Assembly: GCA_016712745.1 (NCBI GenBank) | Contig: JADJQN010000001.1 | Location: forward strand, 1,009,494 to 1,073,493 | Direction: 5' to 3' | DNA: 64,000 nucleotides | Origin: Sandaracinaceae bacterium | Lineage (GTDB): Bacteria > Myxococcota_A > Polyangia > Polyangiales > JADJQN01 | Shown: one piece after another, positions 10,044-19,274 of the stretch | Numbering within the stretch: the first letter of the stretch is position 1 | Layout: the number at the start of each line of letters is the position of its first letter | The notes under the pieces: model-generated | The model's database searches: none | The model's input: the letters and a program-made list of their open reading frames with translations, nothing else | Told to the model about the DNA's origin: nothing | Made by a program: the position numbers and the translations under genes

Positions 10044-10559
10044 TCAGCCTGCGAGGTAGTCGCGACCGTAGCCGACGTAAAGGACGGCTGCGCCCTTGAT
10101 CATCGTCTGCTCGTCTTCGGTGAGGGGGCGAACGACTTTCGCCGGTCGACCATGAGCAAGCACTCCGGAAGGAATTTTCGTTCCGACCGTGACGAGTGAT
10201 CCCGCTCCTACCATTGAGTTGGCGCCAATCTCAGCGTTGTCGAGGACGATCGAGCCCATGCCGATCAAGGAGCCATTGCCAACGGTGCAGCCGTGCAGCG
10301 TTACGCCGTGTCCGATGGTGCAATCGTCGCCGACGCTGCATGCGCTTATGCCGCCGGTCGCGTGAATGACGCTGTTGTCCTGAATCGATGTACGTGCGCC
10401 GATGCGGATCGGCGCGACGTCGCCTCGCAGCACGGTGCCGAACCAAATGCTTGTCTCCGCCCCAAGCGTTACCTGGCCGATGACCGATGCATTGGGGGCG
10501 ATGAAGCACGTTGAATCAACGCGCGGCATGAGGCCTTTGTACGGGTAGAGATTGGTCAT
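10044..10559 (-). CDS. Gamma-carbonic-anhydrase-family / hexapeptide-repeat protein (YrdA/PaaY-like)
   Basis: Start is taken at the internal ATG, giving MTNLYPYKGLMPRVDSTCFIAPNASVIGQVTLGAETSIWFGTVLRGDVAPIRIG... (171 aa). It has left-handed beta-helix hexapeptide repeats. The longer track ORF (to 11087) would overlap vanZ. Confidence 0.85.
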   Translation of the reverse strand: MTNLYPYKGLMPRVDSTCFIAPNASVIGQVTLGAETSIWFGTVLRGDVAPIRIGARTSIQDNSVIHATGGISACSVGDDCTIGHGVTLHGCTVGNGSLIGMGSIVLDNAEIGANSMVGAGSLVTVGTKIPSGVLAHGRPAKVVRPLTEDEQTMIKGAAVLYVGYGRDYLAG

Positions 10560-10630
10560 TGGGATTCCTTCGGATCGCCGGTTGTCTTGAGACGGTGCAG
10601 CGAGGTCGGCATTTTTGGATGGATAACGTA

Positions 10631-11053
10631 TCAAGGAGATTCCTTTGGTGCGCCGTGGTCCCTCGCCTGCCTGCGCGATATCCAAAAGCGATAGAGACCA
10701 TGACACACGAGAGCGCCAATGCACGCTCCCAAACAGTCTGCAGCGAGATCGAAGATGTCGGAGTTTCGGGCCGGCACGAACGCTTGGTGCACTTCGTCGA
10801 GTGCCCCCCACGCGGTCGTCATGATGACCGCCATGAGCCATGTGCGGGGCCCACGCTTGCTTTTCCAGGTTTGGATGCACGCGTGCGCGAGTAGGATCCC
10901 GAGCATTCCGTACTCGACAAAGTGCGCGCCCTTGTCTTGAAAGGGCATTTCGTCGATGGGCACGCTTACAGCGCTGAACGACGAGAGCGTCCAGATCAGC
11001 GCCATGTAGAGCACGGCCGGCGCCCACGCGAAAAACCCTTGGCGCAGAGTCAT
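10631..11053 (-). CDS. VanZ-family membrane protein
   Basis: The ORF is 140 aa with 4 hydrophobic segments. Motifs DKGAHFVEYGML and LDEVHQAFVPARNSDIFDLAADCLGA are typical of VanZ-like proteins. Its start overlaps the miaB stop (ATGA). Confidence 0.75.
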   Translation of the reverse strand: MTLRQGFFAWAPAVLYMALIWTLSSFSAVSVPIDEMPFQDKGAHFVEYGMLGILLAHACIQTWKSKRGPRTWLMAVIMTTAWGALDEVHQAFVPARNSDIFDLAADCLGACIGALVCHGLYRFWISRRQARDHGAPKESP

Positions 11054-12486
11054 TCGCTTGCAGCGGTGGACGCGACTGACGGCGCAACGGGCAGGCGAAC
11101 GCGTGCCGGCGTCGACTTCACTGGCCGCGCGGGCATTGCGATCGCGCCCTCCATGCGGCCGAGAAGTGAATGCTTGTAGGCTTCAACGATGGTGACTTCT
11201 ACGAGCGCACCGATCGGGTCGATGCCTTCGGCGACTTCGACGTGCGTAATTTCATTCTGCGCCGTGCGGCCCACGAAGCGGCCGGAGTTGTCCCGACTTC
11301 TATCCTCGATGAGAACTTCTTGGCGCGTGCCGAGCAAGCGAGCGAGATGTGCGCCCTGAAGCTCATCGACGAGAGCGAAGAGCGTTGCGAGGCGCGCGTC
11401 TTTCACTGCTTCAGAAACGTCGTCACCAAGCTTTAGGGCTGGCGTGTAGGGACGCGGCGAGTACTTGAACGCAAACGCTGCGACGAAGCCGACCTCGCGC
11501 ACGAGCGAGAGCGTCTCTTCGAAGTCTTCATCGGTCTCGCCGGGAAAGCCGACGATGATGTCGGTCGCGAGCGTCATGCCGGGCCGCGCGCTCAAAAGCT
11601 TGCGCGCCCGATCGATGTAGTCCTCGCGCGTGTAGCGTCGAATCATGCGCTTTAGCACGCGATTGGATCCCGATTGCACAGGCAGATGCACGTGCGCTGG
11701 CATGACCTTGAGCTCGGCATGCGCTTTGACCAGAGCGGGGGTCACATGGCGCGGATGCGGAGATGTGTAACGCAGGCGAAGAAGACCGGGGACTTCTTCC
11801 GAAATGCGCGTGAGCAACGCTGCGAAGCGGGAGTCGCCCTCTTCGGCTGTTCCGTCGGTCGGATCGAACCACGAGTTGACGGTCTGCCCAAGCAAGGTGA
11901 TCTCGCGCACGCCGCCGTCCACGAGACCGCGGATCTCGCCGATGATGTCATCGGCCGGGCGATAGCGCTCGGAGCCGCGCGTGTAGGGAACGATGCAGAA
12001 GCTGCAACGTTCGTCGCAGCCCTTCATGATCGTCACAAAGCCGGTCACCTCGGCGATGCCCTCGCGGGGGCTTGCACGCAAAAACTTCGGAGCTTCGTTG
12101 TCGAAGACTGTGCGCGCGATGGGCGGAGCGCCGTCTTGGATGTGTTCGATGAGATTCGGAAGCTCGGAAATGTTGTCAGGGCCGATGACGATGTCGACAT
12201 GCGACATGCGACGAAGGAGTGCCTCGCCCTCTTGTTGGGCGACGCATCCGGCAATCGCGATCACAAGATTGGGATTTGTGTCTTTGAGTGGCCTCAGCGT
12301 TCCCACAACGCTGCGAAGTTTCTGCTCGGCCTTCTCGCGCACGCTGCAGGTGTTGAAGAGAATGAGCGAGGCGAGCGTGGGCTCGTCGGTCGCGGTCCAG
12401 CCGGCGTGCTCGAGCACTTCCTCGATACGTCTCGAGTCGTGCACGTTCATTTGGCAGCCGAAAGTCTGAACGAGGTACCGCTTCAC
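11050..12486 (-). CDS. miaB: tRNA (i6A37) methylthiotransferase MiaB (radical SAM)
   Basis: The ORF is 478 aa. The N-terminal UPF0004 region reads YLVQTFGCQMNVHDS. The radical-SAM cluster motif is CDERCSFCIVPYTRG, and a TRAM-like C-terminus follows. Confidence 0.93.
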   Translation of the reverse strand: MKRYLVQTFGCQMNVHDSRRIEEVLEHAGWTATDEPTLASLILFNTCSVREKAEQKLRSVVGTLRPLKDTNPNLVIAIAGCVAQQEGEALLRRMSHVDIVIGPDNISELPNLIEHIQDGAPPIARTVFDNEAPKFLRASPREGIAEVTGFVTIMKGCDERCSFCIVPYTRGSERYRPADDIIGEIRGLVDGGVREITLLGQTVNSWFDPTDGTAEEGDSRFAALLTRISEEVPGLLRLRYTSPHPRHVTPALVKAHAELKVMPAHVHLPVQSGSNRVLKRMIRRYTREDYIDRARKLLSARPGMTLATDIIVGFPGETDEDFEETLSLVREVGFVAAFAFKYSPRPYTPALKLGDDVSEAVKDARLATLFALVDELQGAHLARLLGTRQEVLIEDRSRDNSGRFVGRTAQNEITHVEVAEGIDPIGALVEVTIVEAYKHSLLGRMEGAIAMPARPVKSTPARVRLPVAPSVASTAASE

Positions 12487-12513
12487 AGGGGGCGCAACTT
12501 AGCATAGGCCGAC

Positions 12514-13230
12514 GTGGTCGCCAGGGCGCAAATGAGCGGCTATCGTTGGAAAATGCCTTCGGAACGCAAAACGCCGCCGGACGTTCCTGCGCTCAGCGAC
12601 CGAACGGATGTGGCCGAGGCGCTCGAGGCCAGAATCGATTCAGTTACGAGTGAGCTCGAAGTCGCCTACGCACATCTCGAGCAGAACATCCGCAACCACG
12701 CCGCCCTGTCGCAGCGATGGCAACGAATCGCGGGCGCGAATCGAGCATCACCGTTGTCGTTCGCCTCACCTTCCGAGCCGGAGAACGACAAAGCACCGAT
12801 GGAGCCCCATATCCCAGCGGCCATCGACTACCGGGGGAATGCGAGTGGCCAGCAGGCCAAGCTCGACGCGATCGAATCCGAGTTGAAACGGATCGAGCGC
12901 GAAAACGCGCGCGTTGCACTTGAGAACAGGAAGTATCTGAGCGCGATCGAAGCGGAGCTCGGCCCTGTCGATACGGCACCGCACCAAACGGAGCAATCCG
13001 AGTTGCGCAGCCTGCTCACGCTTCTGCCCCGGCCTTTCGCACTGCTGATGCTGCACGGCGCATTCCGAGGCGATACTCGCCACTGGATCGCGCTCTTTGC
13101 ATTTGCGCTACTGACAGTGGTGACCTTCCTCATAAACCGTTCGCTGAACATCAAGCAGCGCATTCCTCCTCGCTTTTCAGTCGCCGAGATGGGCGCGTGG
13201 ATCTTGAGTGCAGTCGCGTGGCCGTATTAG
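12514..13230 (+). CDS. Hypothetical coiled-coil protein with a C-terminal membrane anchor
   Basis: The ORF is 238 aa and divergent from miaB. Coiled-coil-like stretches include ELEVAYAHLEQNI and KLDAIESELKRIERENARVALENRKY. Hydrophobic C-terminal segments include WIALFAFALLTVVTFLI. The start is uncertain (GTG 12514, ATG 12532 or ATG 12553). Confidence 0.5.
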   Translation: MVARAQMSGYRWKMPSERKTPPDVPALSDRTDVAEALEARIDSVTSELEVAYAHLEQNIRNHAALSQRWQRIAGANRASPLSFASPSEPENDKAPMEPHIPAAIDYRGNASGQQAKLDAIESELKRIERENARVALENRKYLSAIEAELGPVDTAPHQTEQSELRSLLTLLPRPFALLMLHGAFRGDTRHWIALFAFALLTVVTFLINRSLNIKQRIPPRFSVAEMGAWILSAVAWPY

Positions 13231-13372
13231 CTTCTAGCTTGCCAGTTCCAACGATTTGGGAGTCGATTCGCGGTTCAGAGGTGTTGGCGTGGGTAGCCTC
13301 CCTGCTCGCTTTTGGCTTCATGCAGTTGCTGCCCGAGATGACCTGACCGTCGGCACTGTCGTTTAGCCAGGC

Positions 13373-14770
13373 TCACTCGACGAGCGCATCAACAGCGTCG
13401 CGCAGCGTTTGCAGATTGTGCACGGTCATCACGCGCGTTGTGTAGGGCTCGTAGAGACGCATTGCGCTATCACCGAAGCCCCACGCGCCGGGCGGCTCCG
13501 GGTTCATCCACAGCACCCGTCCCGCCTTGCGCTGGATCGATGCCAACGCGCCCGTATTCGCGTCGTTGTAATTGTTGCGGCCATCGCCGATGACTACAAC
13601 AGTTGTGTTGTGGTCGACGGCATCGCGGTGCAGCTCGTCGAACATGCCGAAGGCGCGACCGTAGTTGCTGTTGGCCGCGACGCTGATGATGGATCCGCCG
13701 TAGGCGAGTTGAATCGCGTGCTCGACCGGATGCTCTTTGAAGAGATCCGTGGTCTCCCCCAGATCGCTCACAAAGACGAAGCAGCGCGTTCGCGAAAACA
13801 CTTCTTGCACGGCGTAGGCGAAGATCAAAAGAAAGCGCGCGACCGAGCGGACCGAATCGCTTACGTCACAGAGCAGAACCAGTTTCGGTCGATCGCGACG
13901 CCGCCGGCGAAACATGGGGACGAAAGGCAAGCCCCCTGTGCGGTGCGCATGCCGAAGCGTGCGACGCACGTCAAGATGACCGCGGCGTTGCCTGCGGCGA
14001 CGAACGGCGAGCGCGCCCTTCAGCCGTTCCGCAAGTCGCTTTACCTCAAGCGTGATTTGCTCCATCTCCTCGGGGCGAAGGTTTACAAAGGAACGTTCTT
14101 CCAGCTGCTGGCGGCGCAAGTCTTCATAGAGCGTACTGTTGCGGCGGCGAAACGCTTCTTGAACGTGCGAACGGGCGAGGCCGCGAAAATTCTCGAGTTC
14201 TTCCGCGACCGCGTCGGCGAGCTCGTTGCCGCGATTACCCAGCGCATCGCGCAAGCGTTCGCGAATCGCGATGAGATCCGTCTGCGCGCGCGACGCACCC
14301 GCCGAGTCCAAGAGACGTTGCGTGTAGAAGCCGATTTGCATCGGGCTCTGCATCCGATCAAGAGCGGCCGTTTTTCCGGCGAGTGCCAGCAAGCGATCGA
14401 GTGCGCCGCCACCGGATGCGATGCTGGATAACGATGAATCCCCGTCGGCTGTTTGCGCCAAATGCGAAAGCAACTCTGTCAGCGCTTTGACCTCGTCCTC
14501 TGAGAAGCCCCGCGAACGCAAGCGATCGAAGAGGTTGCCCTGCCCTCGCCCGTCCGCTTTGAAGAACGCCTCAAACGCACGCTCAAAGATGGGCAGATGC
14601 GACGGCTCCTTCACGAAAACCGAACGCAGCGCGGCTTTGAGATCAGCTCGCTCGCTGACGCCGACGGTCATCGCCGCGCGCTGTGCATCAATCGCTTCAA
14701 CGGGCGAGAGAGTCAGACCCGCGCGACGCGCTGCCGATACAAACTCTGCAAAAACGAGATCCATCCCCAC
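13373..14770 (-). CDS. VWA-domain protein, CoxE-like
   Basis: The ORF is 465 aa. The MIDAS motif DxSxS appears in KLVLLCDVSDSVRS. The C-terminal VWA fold region reads VVVIGDGRNNYN. The overall layout resembles CoxE-family proteins. Confidence 0.7.
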   Translation of the reverse strand: MGMDLVFAEFVSAARRAGLTLSPVEAIDAQRAAMTVGVSERADLKAALRSVFVKEPSHLPIFERAFEAFFKADGRGQGNLFDRLRSRGFSEDEVKALTELLSHLAQTADGDSSLSSIASGGGALDRLLALAGKTAALDRMQSPMQIGFYTQRLLDSAGASRAQTDLIAIRERLRDALGNRGNELADAVAEELENFRGLARSHVQEAFRRRNSTLYEDLRRQQLEERSFVNLRPEEMEQITLEVKRLAERLKGALAVRRRRQRRGHLDVRRTLRHAHRTGGLPFVPMFRRRRRDRPKLVLLCDVSDSVRSVARFLLIFAYAVQEVFSRTRCFVFVSDLGETTDLFKEHPVEHAIQLAYGGSIISVAANSNYGRAFGMFDELHRDAVDHNTTVVVIGDGRNNYNDANTGALASIQRKAGRVLWMNPEPPGAWGFGDSAMRLYEPYTTRVMTVHNLQTLRDAVDALVE

Positions 14771-14786
14771 GCGAAAGCTCCGTTCT

Positions 14787-15599
14787 TTAGGGAGCCGGCT
14801 CGGCGAGTAGCATGTCCACCTCGGCGCGCAGCCGCGCGAACGTGCTCGAATCGAAACCTACTTGCACGTCGCGTACGACGCCGCGGCGATCAATCACAAC
14901 GATCGTTGGCAACGCGTTCACGCCAAACGCCGCCTGCGCTGCGCCGGTCTCGCGTGCAATCGTATAGGTTACGGCGTGGCGCGCGAGATGGGAGCGAATC
15001 AGAGATTCCGACTCATCACTCACGCCCAAAATGGTGAGGCCTCGATCATGGCTTGCGGCGTGCAACGCATCGAGTTGCGGCATGATGCGTGCGCACGGGC
15101 CACACCAGGTCGCCCAGAAGTCCAATACGACCACGCGTCCGCGCAACGAGCTCAGCGTTGCGTTGTCGGGACCTGAAATACGTGTACCGGTAACTTCCGG
15201 CGCGGCTTGGCCGACGGCCACTCGCCCACTACCGCCGCGTTGCGCAGAAGCTGTCGCGGTCGGTGCGGCGAGCGTCACGTTGAGCGTTCGCGTCGCGCTT
15301 CCACGGCGCATGCGCACGTGCACGAGTCGCCCAGCCGTGCTCATGTAGACGAATTGAATTAGCTCGTCAGGCCGATGCACGGGCGTTCCATCAAGGTCGA
15401 CGATCAGATCGCCGACCGCGACGCCTGCCCGCTCGGCTGGCGAACCCGGTGCCACTTCTCGGACAACGAGTCCTCCATTTTCTGTTTCGGTACGAACTCC
15501 GAAAAACGCTCCACGCGCGCCGCCGCCTGGGGACGCGAGCGCCACGACCGCGACGCTTGAAAGCGAGGCCACGATGGCCCAACGCGACAACCACTTCAT
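14787..15599 (-). CDS. Periplasmic PDZ-domain thiol:disulfide oxidoreductase (TlpA/ResA-like redoxin)
   Basis: A signal peptide is followed by a PDZ-like segment (GLVVREVAPGSPAERAGVAVGDLIVDLDG). The thioredoxin-fold active site is VVVLDFWATWCGPC. Confidence 0.85.
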   Translation of the reverse strand: MKWLSRWAIVASLSSVAVVALASPGGGARGAFFGVRTETENGGLVVREVAPGSPAERAGVAVGDLIVDLDGTPVHRPDELIQFVYMSTAGRLVHVRMRRGSATRTLNVTLAAPTATASAQRGGSGRVAVGQAAPEVTGTRISGPDNATLSSLRGRVVVLDFWATWCGPCARIMPQLDALHAASHDRGLTILGVSDESESLIRSHLARHAVTYTIARETGAAQAAFGVNALPTIVVIDRRGVVRDVQVGFDSSTFARLRAEVDMLLAEPAP

Positions 15600-15646
15600 A
15601 CGCGAAAGTTAGCACGGTATTCGTCGGCGCGCGTTCGGGTTACAAC

Positions 15647-18177
15647 ATGCAGATGCGACGTGTTTGGGCGGTGCTCTTGATGTGCGTGCTGCTGCCGAGC
15701 TACGGCTTCGAATGGCAAGGCCGACTCTCGCACATTACGCGCGAATTCGACTCGGCGGATGCGTCGCGCAGGCGTGATCTACTTCGCATGCTCACTGGCT
15801 ACGGCGCCGATGAGGTACGCGCCCTGCTCCTCACGCCCTCGAGGACACGGACCTGAGTGTGCGTCACGAAGCAGCTGAGGCCGTGGGACGCGTTCGCCTG
15901 CGTGCGGCCACGGCGACGCTCACAGACTGGCTCGACGACCCCGATGTTCCGACGCGCATCATCGCCGTGCGCGCACTTGGGCGCATCGCCGATGCGGGTG
16001 TCACGACGCAACTCGTGCGAGCGCTCGGCGACGCGGATGCTGAGGTGCGGCGTGCAGCGGTAACTGCTCTCGGTGCGATCGGCACGCGGGACGTAGTCGT
16101 CCCACTGCTCGGCCGCTTGGACGATTTGGATTCGAATGTTCGCGTCGACACCTGCGCCGTATTAGCGCGCCTGCACGACTCGCGGGCAGTTGTGCCTCTT
16201 GTGGGCCGTGCGCACGATAATGCGCCAGAAGTGCGAACCGCAGTCTTTCGCGCGCTCGGTGAGTTGTCCGATCGACGCGCTCTCGCGCCGCTCTTCCAGG
16301 GCCTGCGCGACGACGCGGACGAGGCGCGCCTTGCTGCGATAGCGGCACTTGGAGTGTTGCGTGACGAAAGTGCGGTCGACGCCTTGATCGAAGTTGCGGC
16401 CGCACGCGACGAACACACCGCACGCGCAGCAATCAGCTCCCTCGGCCTTGTCGGCGGCGCGCGCGCCACTCGGGCGGTCGTTCGCCAACTGACCGTCAGC
16501 GCCAATCTGAGCACCACCGTCGCCGTCGTAACGTCCATGGTTGAACGCGCTTCGAACGATGCAGCGCGCACGGCAATCGTGCACGAAATCGTGGCGGCGT
16601 TCGAAGACGCGGATGCGTCCGGTGTGCGCAATCTCGCGGCGGCGCTCGAGGAGCTAGCGCCAATTACGTCAATTGAGGCCGCCGTGCCGGTGCTTCTGCG
16701 CAAGCTCGCAGAACGTCGAGGCGACGTCAGCCAGATTGAGCGCACCCTCGCCACTAGCCGCGATGCACGTGTCCTGTTGCCGCTCCTTGAGCGCCTGCGC
16801 GAAGCCTCGCCGACGAGCTTGCGCGCAACAGTGCAAGCTCTCGCGGTCTACTTCAGGCACCAGCCGCCTGATGGACGCGCTGCAGACCCGTTGCTTGAAG
16901 CACTTGGACGCGTCGCCCGCGAGGCGCGCGCCGACGTCGTGACATTGCTTGGGCGCGTGGGTGCACGTCGCGCCATTCCCGCGATCCGCCCTTTCCTCGA
17001 CGCAACGGATCGGCCGACGCGCCTGGCAGCAGTCACGGCACTTGGCGCAATCGGGGACGCGGCAGGGGCGAACTTGTTGCTGCCGTTGCTCGGCGATCGG
17101 GACGCCGAGATTCGAACGCGTGCTGCCGATGCGGTAGGCGCTTCGGCCTCGCTTGAGATCCTTCGCGAGTTGGTGCGCCGCTTCGTGGGCGACGCGCCCG
17201 TCGATCGCAGCGCCTTCGCTCACGCAATCGGCATCGCTGTCCGCCACCTTGGTGAAGAACACGCCCTACCGGCCTCGGACCGGGATGCTGCACGCGACGC
17301 ACTTGCTCACGCCGTGCGCGCGCCTGACTCGCGCCTCGCTGCAGTAGCGATCGATGCGCTCGCGCGAGCGAACGATGAATCGTTCGTGCCGATGCTCGTC
17401 ACGCTGCTCGAGCGTGGACCACGGTTGGTGCGACCTGGAGCCGTGCGCGCCTTGAGCCGCTCTGACTCAGACGCCGCGCGCACCGCTCTGCGCGCAGCCC
17501 TCACCGATCCCGATACCGAGGTCGCATCTGCGGCGGCGGCCGCGCTTGCGAATTATGGTCAGGCTGTGGACGCGGACCGCCTGGTCGCGCTGGTTTCGGC
17601 TCTGAATTGGCCCGTTTCAACGAACGCATCGTTTGCGCTTGCGCATCTAGCCGCGCGAGGCGTTTTGAGCGCTGAAACTAAGGCCGGCTTGTGCGCTTTG
17701 CTGCGCGCGCGCGATCCGTATACGCGTGCCAATATTTTGGTCGCGCTCGGCAATGCTCACGTGGACGCATGCCCCGACGCCGGCGGCGGCGCATCTACAT
17801 GGCTCGCAAGCACTCACCACCCCATCGTGCGTATCGGTGCAGCCCGCTGGCTGAACGAGCTTGTCGCCGCACACCCCGAGAGCTCGGAGCAAATGCGAGC
17901 GGAGCTCGCTCGGTGTGTTGCGTCGGACTCATCTTTCGACGTCACGGCTGCCTGCCGACTGTCACGCGTTGCGCAGGCGGACGACACGGTCGACGTGACC
18001 GCCTACCGTCCCGACGGTCGCACGCTGCTCGCCAACACCTTGGTCGCTGTTCGACTCGCCGACGGAACCTCGCTCATCGTGCGCACCGACAACAACGCGC
18101 ACGTGCGCGTCTGGAACGCGCCCCGCGGCCCTGTGAATCTCGACGACCCGCTCAACGCGGCGCTCGAAGCGCGCTGA
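15647..18177 (+). CDS. Secreted HEAT-repeat (PBS-lyase-type) protein, needing a 1-nt frameshift correction near 15830
   Basis: The track gives the body as 15859..18177, with many repeats of the type D..VR..A..ALG.IG. The signal-peptide exon-like ORF starts at 15647 (MQMRRVWAVLLMCVLLPSYG...DLLRMLTGYGADEVRALLL). It continues logically in the body frame as ALEDTDLSVRHEAAEAVGRV. Confidence 0.75.
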
Positions 18178-18198
18178 CGCGAGGGCCTGCTGTCACCT

Positions 18199-19245
18199 TT
18201 ACGGCGTACAACTCTCACCGCCGCCCGCAGTCACGAGGAAGAGCTCTGCGCCCGGCCCGCTTGCCGGATTGCCTTGCGGAGATGTGCTCGCGTTGTTGAG
18301 CGCGGGAGCTGCGCCCACGATCAAATCGGCCGGTGAAATGTAGAGTCCCCCGCCCATATTGTCGCCGGCAGGGACTGTCCCGACGGGCCATGCCCACGTG
18401 ATGACGTCGTCGAATGCGCCGTGCATGTTGGGATGACGCAGCACACGTACATCATTGGCAGGCGCAGCCGCGTCGGCGAGTGGATTGCTCTCACCAAACG
18501 ACGAGAGCGCCGGCAAACAGCTCCCGTTTCCAGCGGTAACTGGCGAGGTGGCGTTTTCGATCACGGCGTGAATCGCGTAACGCGGAAACCCAGTCGAATC
18601 GTCGGTCGATGTCTCTTCAGGCGCGCCTTCGAAACGCACGCGAATCGGCTTGTCGAGGCCCGTGAACGCGAAGCTAGGAGGGTCGCCGTCAGTTCGCGTC
18701 GAAGCAAGCCCTTCGTACACTCGACCTGCCAGCATGCGCTGAAAGACGCGGTCGTCGATGCGCACAACCGGCGTGACCGAATTGACCGTGGTGCCGATCG
18801 CGTTCGCCACGTAAATGAAATAGGCATAGCGAAGGGAATCTGACATCGACTCCGCTTGGACCCAGGCTTGCGTCGTATCGATCTCGTAGTCCTGCGTACG
18901 CGTACGGAAAACCAGCGCGTTGGACTTGGCGTCATGTGTGAACGCACCATACGGGCGGTCGTAGCCTTCCGCCGATGTATCCACCGGCAGGTGCACGAAG
19001 GGCGGCGAATCGAACGCGACATCGCAGACCGTCACCATCACGCCACCTGCAAGCGTTTCCTGATGCTCGGTCGCGCAGTACGGCGGCGCGATGGGTCCAG
19101 CGTCTACGCCCGCATCCACAACCTCTGCGTCGGTGCGTGCGCCATCGGCCCCTGCATCAAGCACCGAACCGCCGTCCACTTGGTTGTCGGCTGATGACGA
19201 ACACGCTGCAAGAATCGGTAACAGTGCAAAAGCGAAAAGGCGCAT
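18199..19245 (-). CDS. Hypothetical lipoprotein, last gene of the Rieske/cytochrome b operon
   Basis: The start is taken at MRLFAFALLPILAACSSS (lipobox LAAC), giving 348 aa. I recognised no motif. It begins 29 nt after the cytochrome b/c gene stop. Confidence 0.6.
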   Translation of the reverse strand: MRLFAFALLPILAACSSSADNQVDGGSVLDAGADGARTDAEVVDAGVDAGPIAPPYCATEHQETLAGGVMVTVCDVAFDSPPFVHLPVDTSAEGYDRPYGAFTHDAKSNALVFRTRTQDYEIDTTQAWVQAESMSDSLRYAYFIYVANAIGTTVNSVTPVVRIDDRVFQRMLAGRVYEGLASTRTDGDPPSFAFTGLDKPIRVRFEGAPEETSTDDSTGFPRYAIHAVIENATSPVTAGNGSCLPALSSFGESNPLADAAAPANDVRVLRHPNMHGAFDDVITWAWPVGTVPAGDNMGGGLYISPADLIVGAAPALNNASTSPQGNPASGPGAELFLVTAGGGESCTP

Positions 19246-19274
19246 GGTTTCCCCCGAAGCGTAAGAATCGTAGT

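Noticed and set aside
10560-11087. N-terminal extension of the gamma-CA ORF (347-aa track ORF)
   Set aside because: The extension overlaps the VanZ gene in another frame and is Arg-rich nonsense. The internal ATG at 10559 gives a full-length gamma-CA-family protein.
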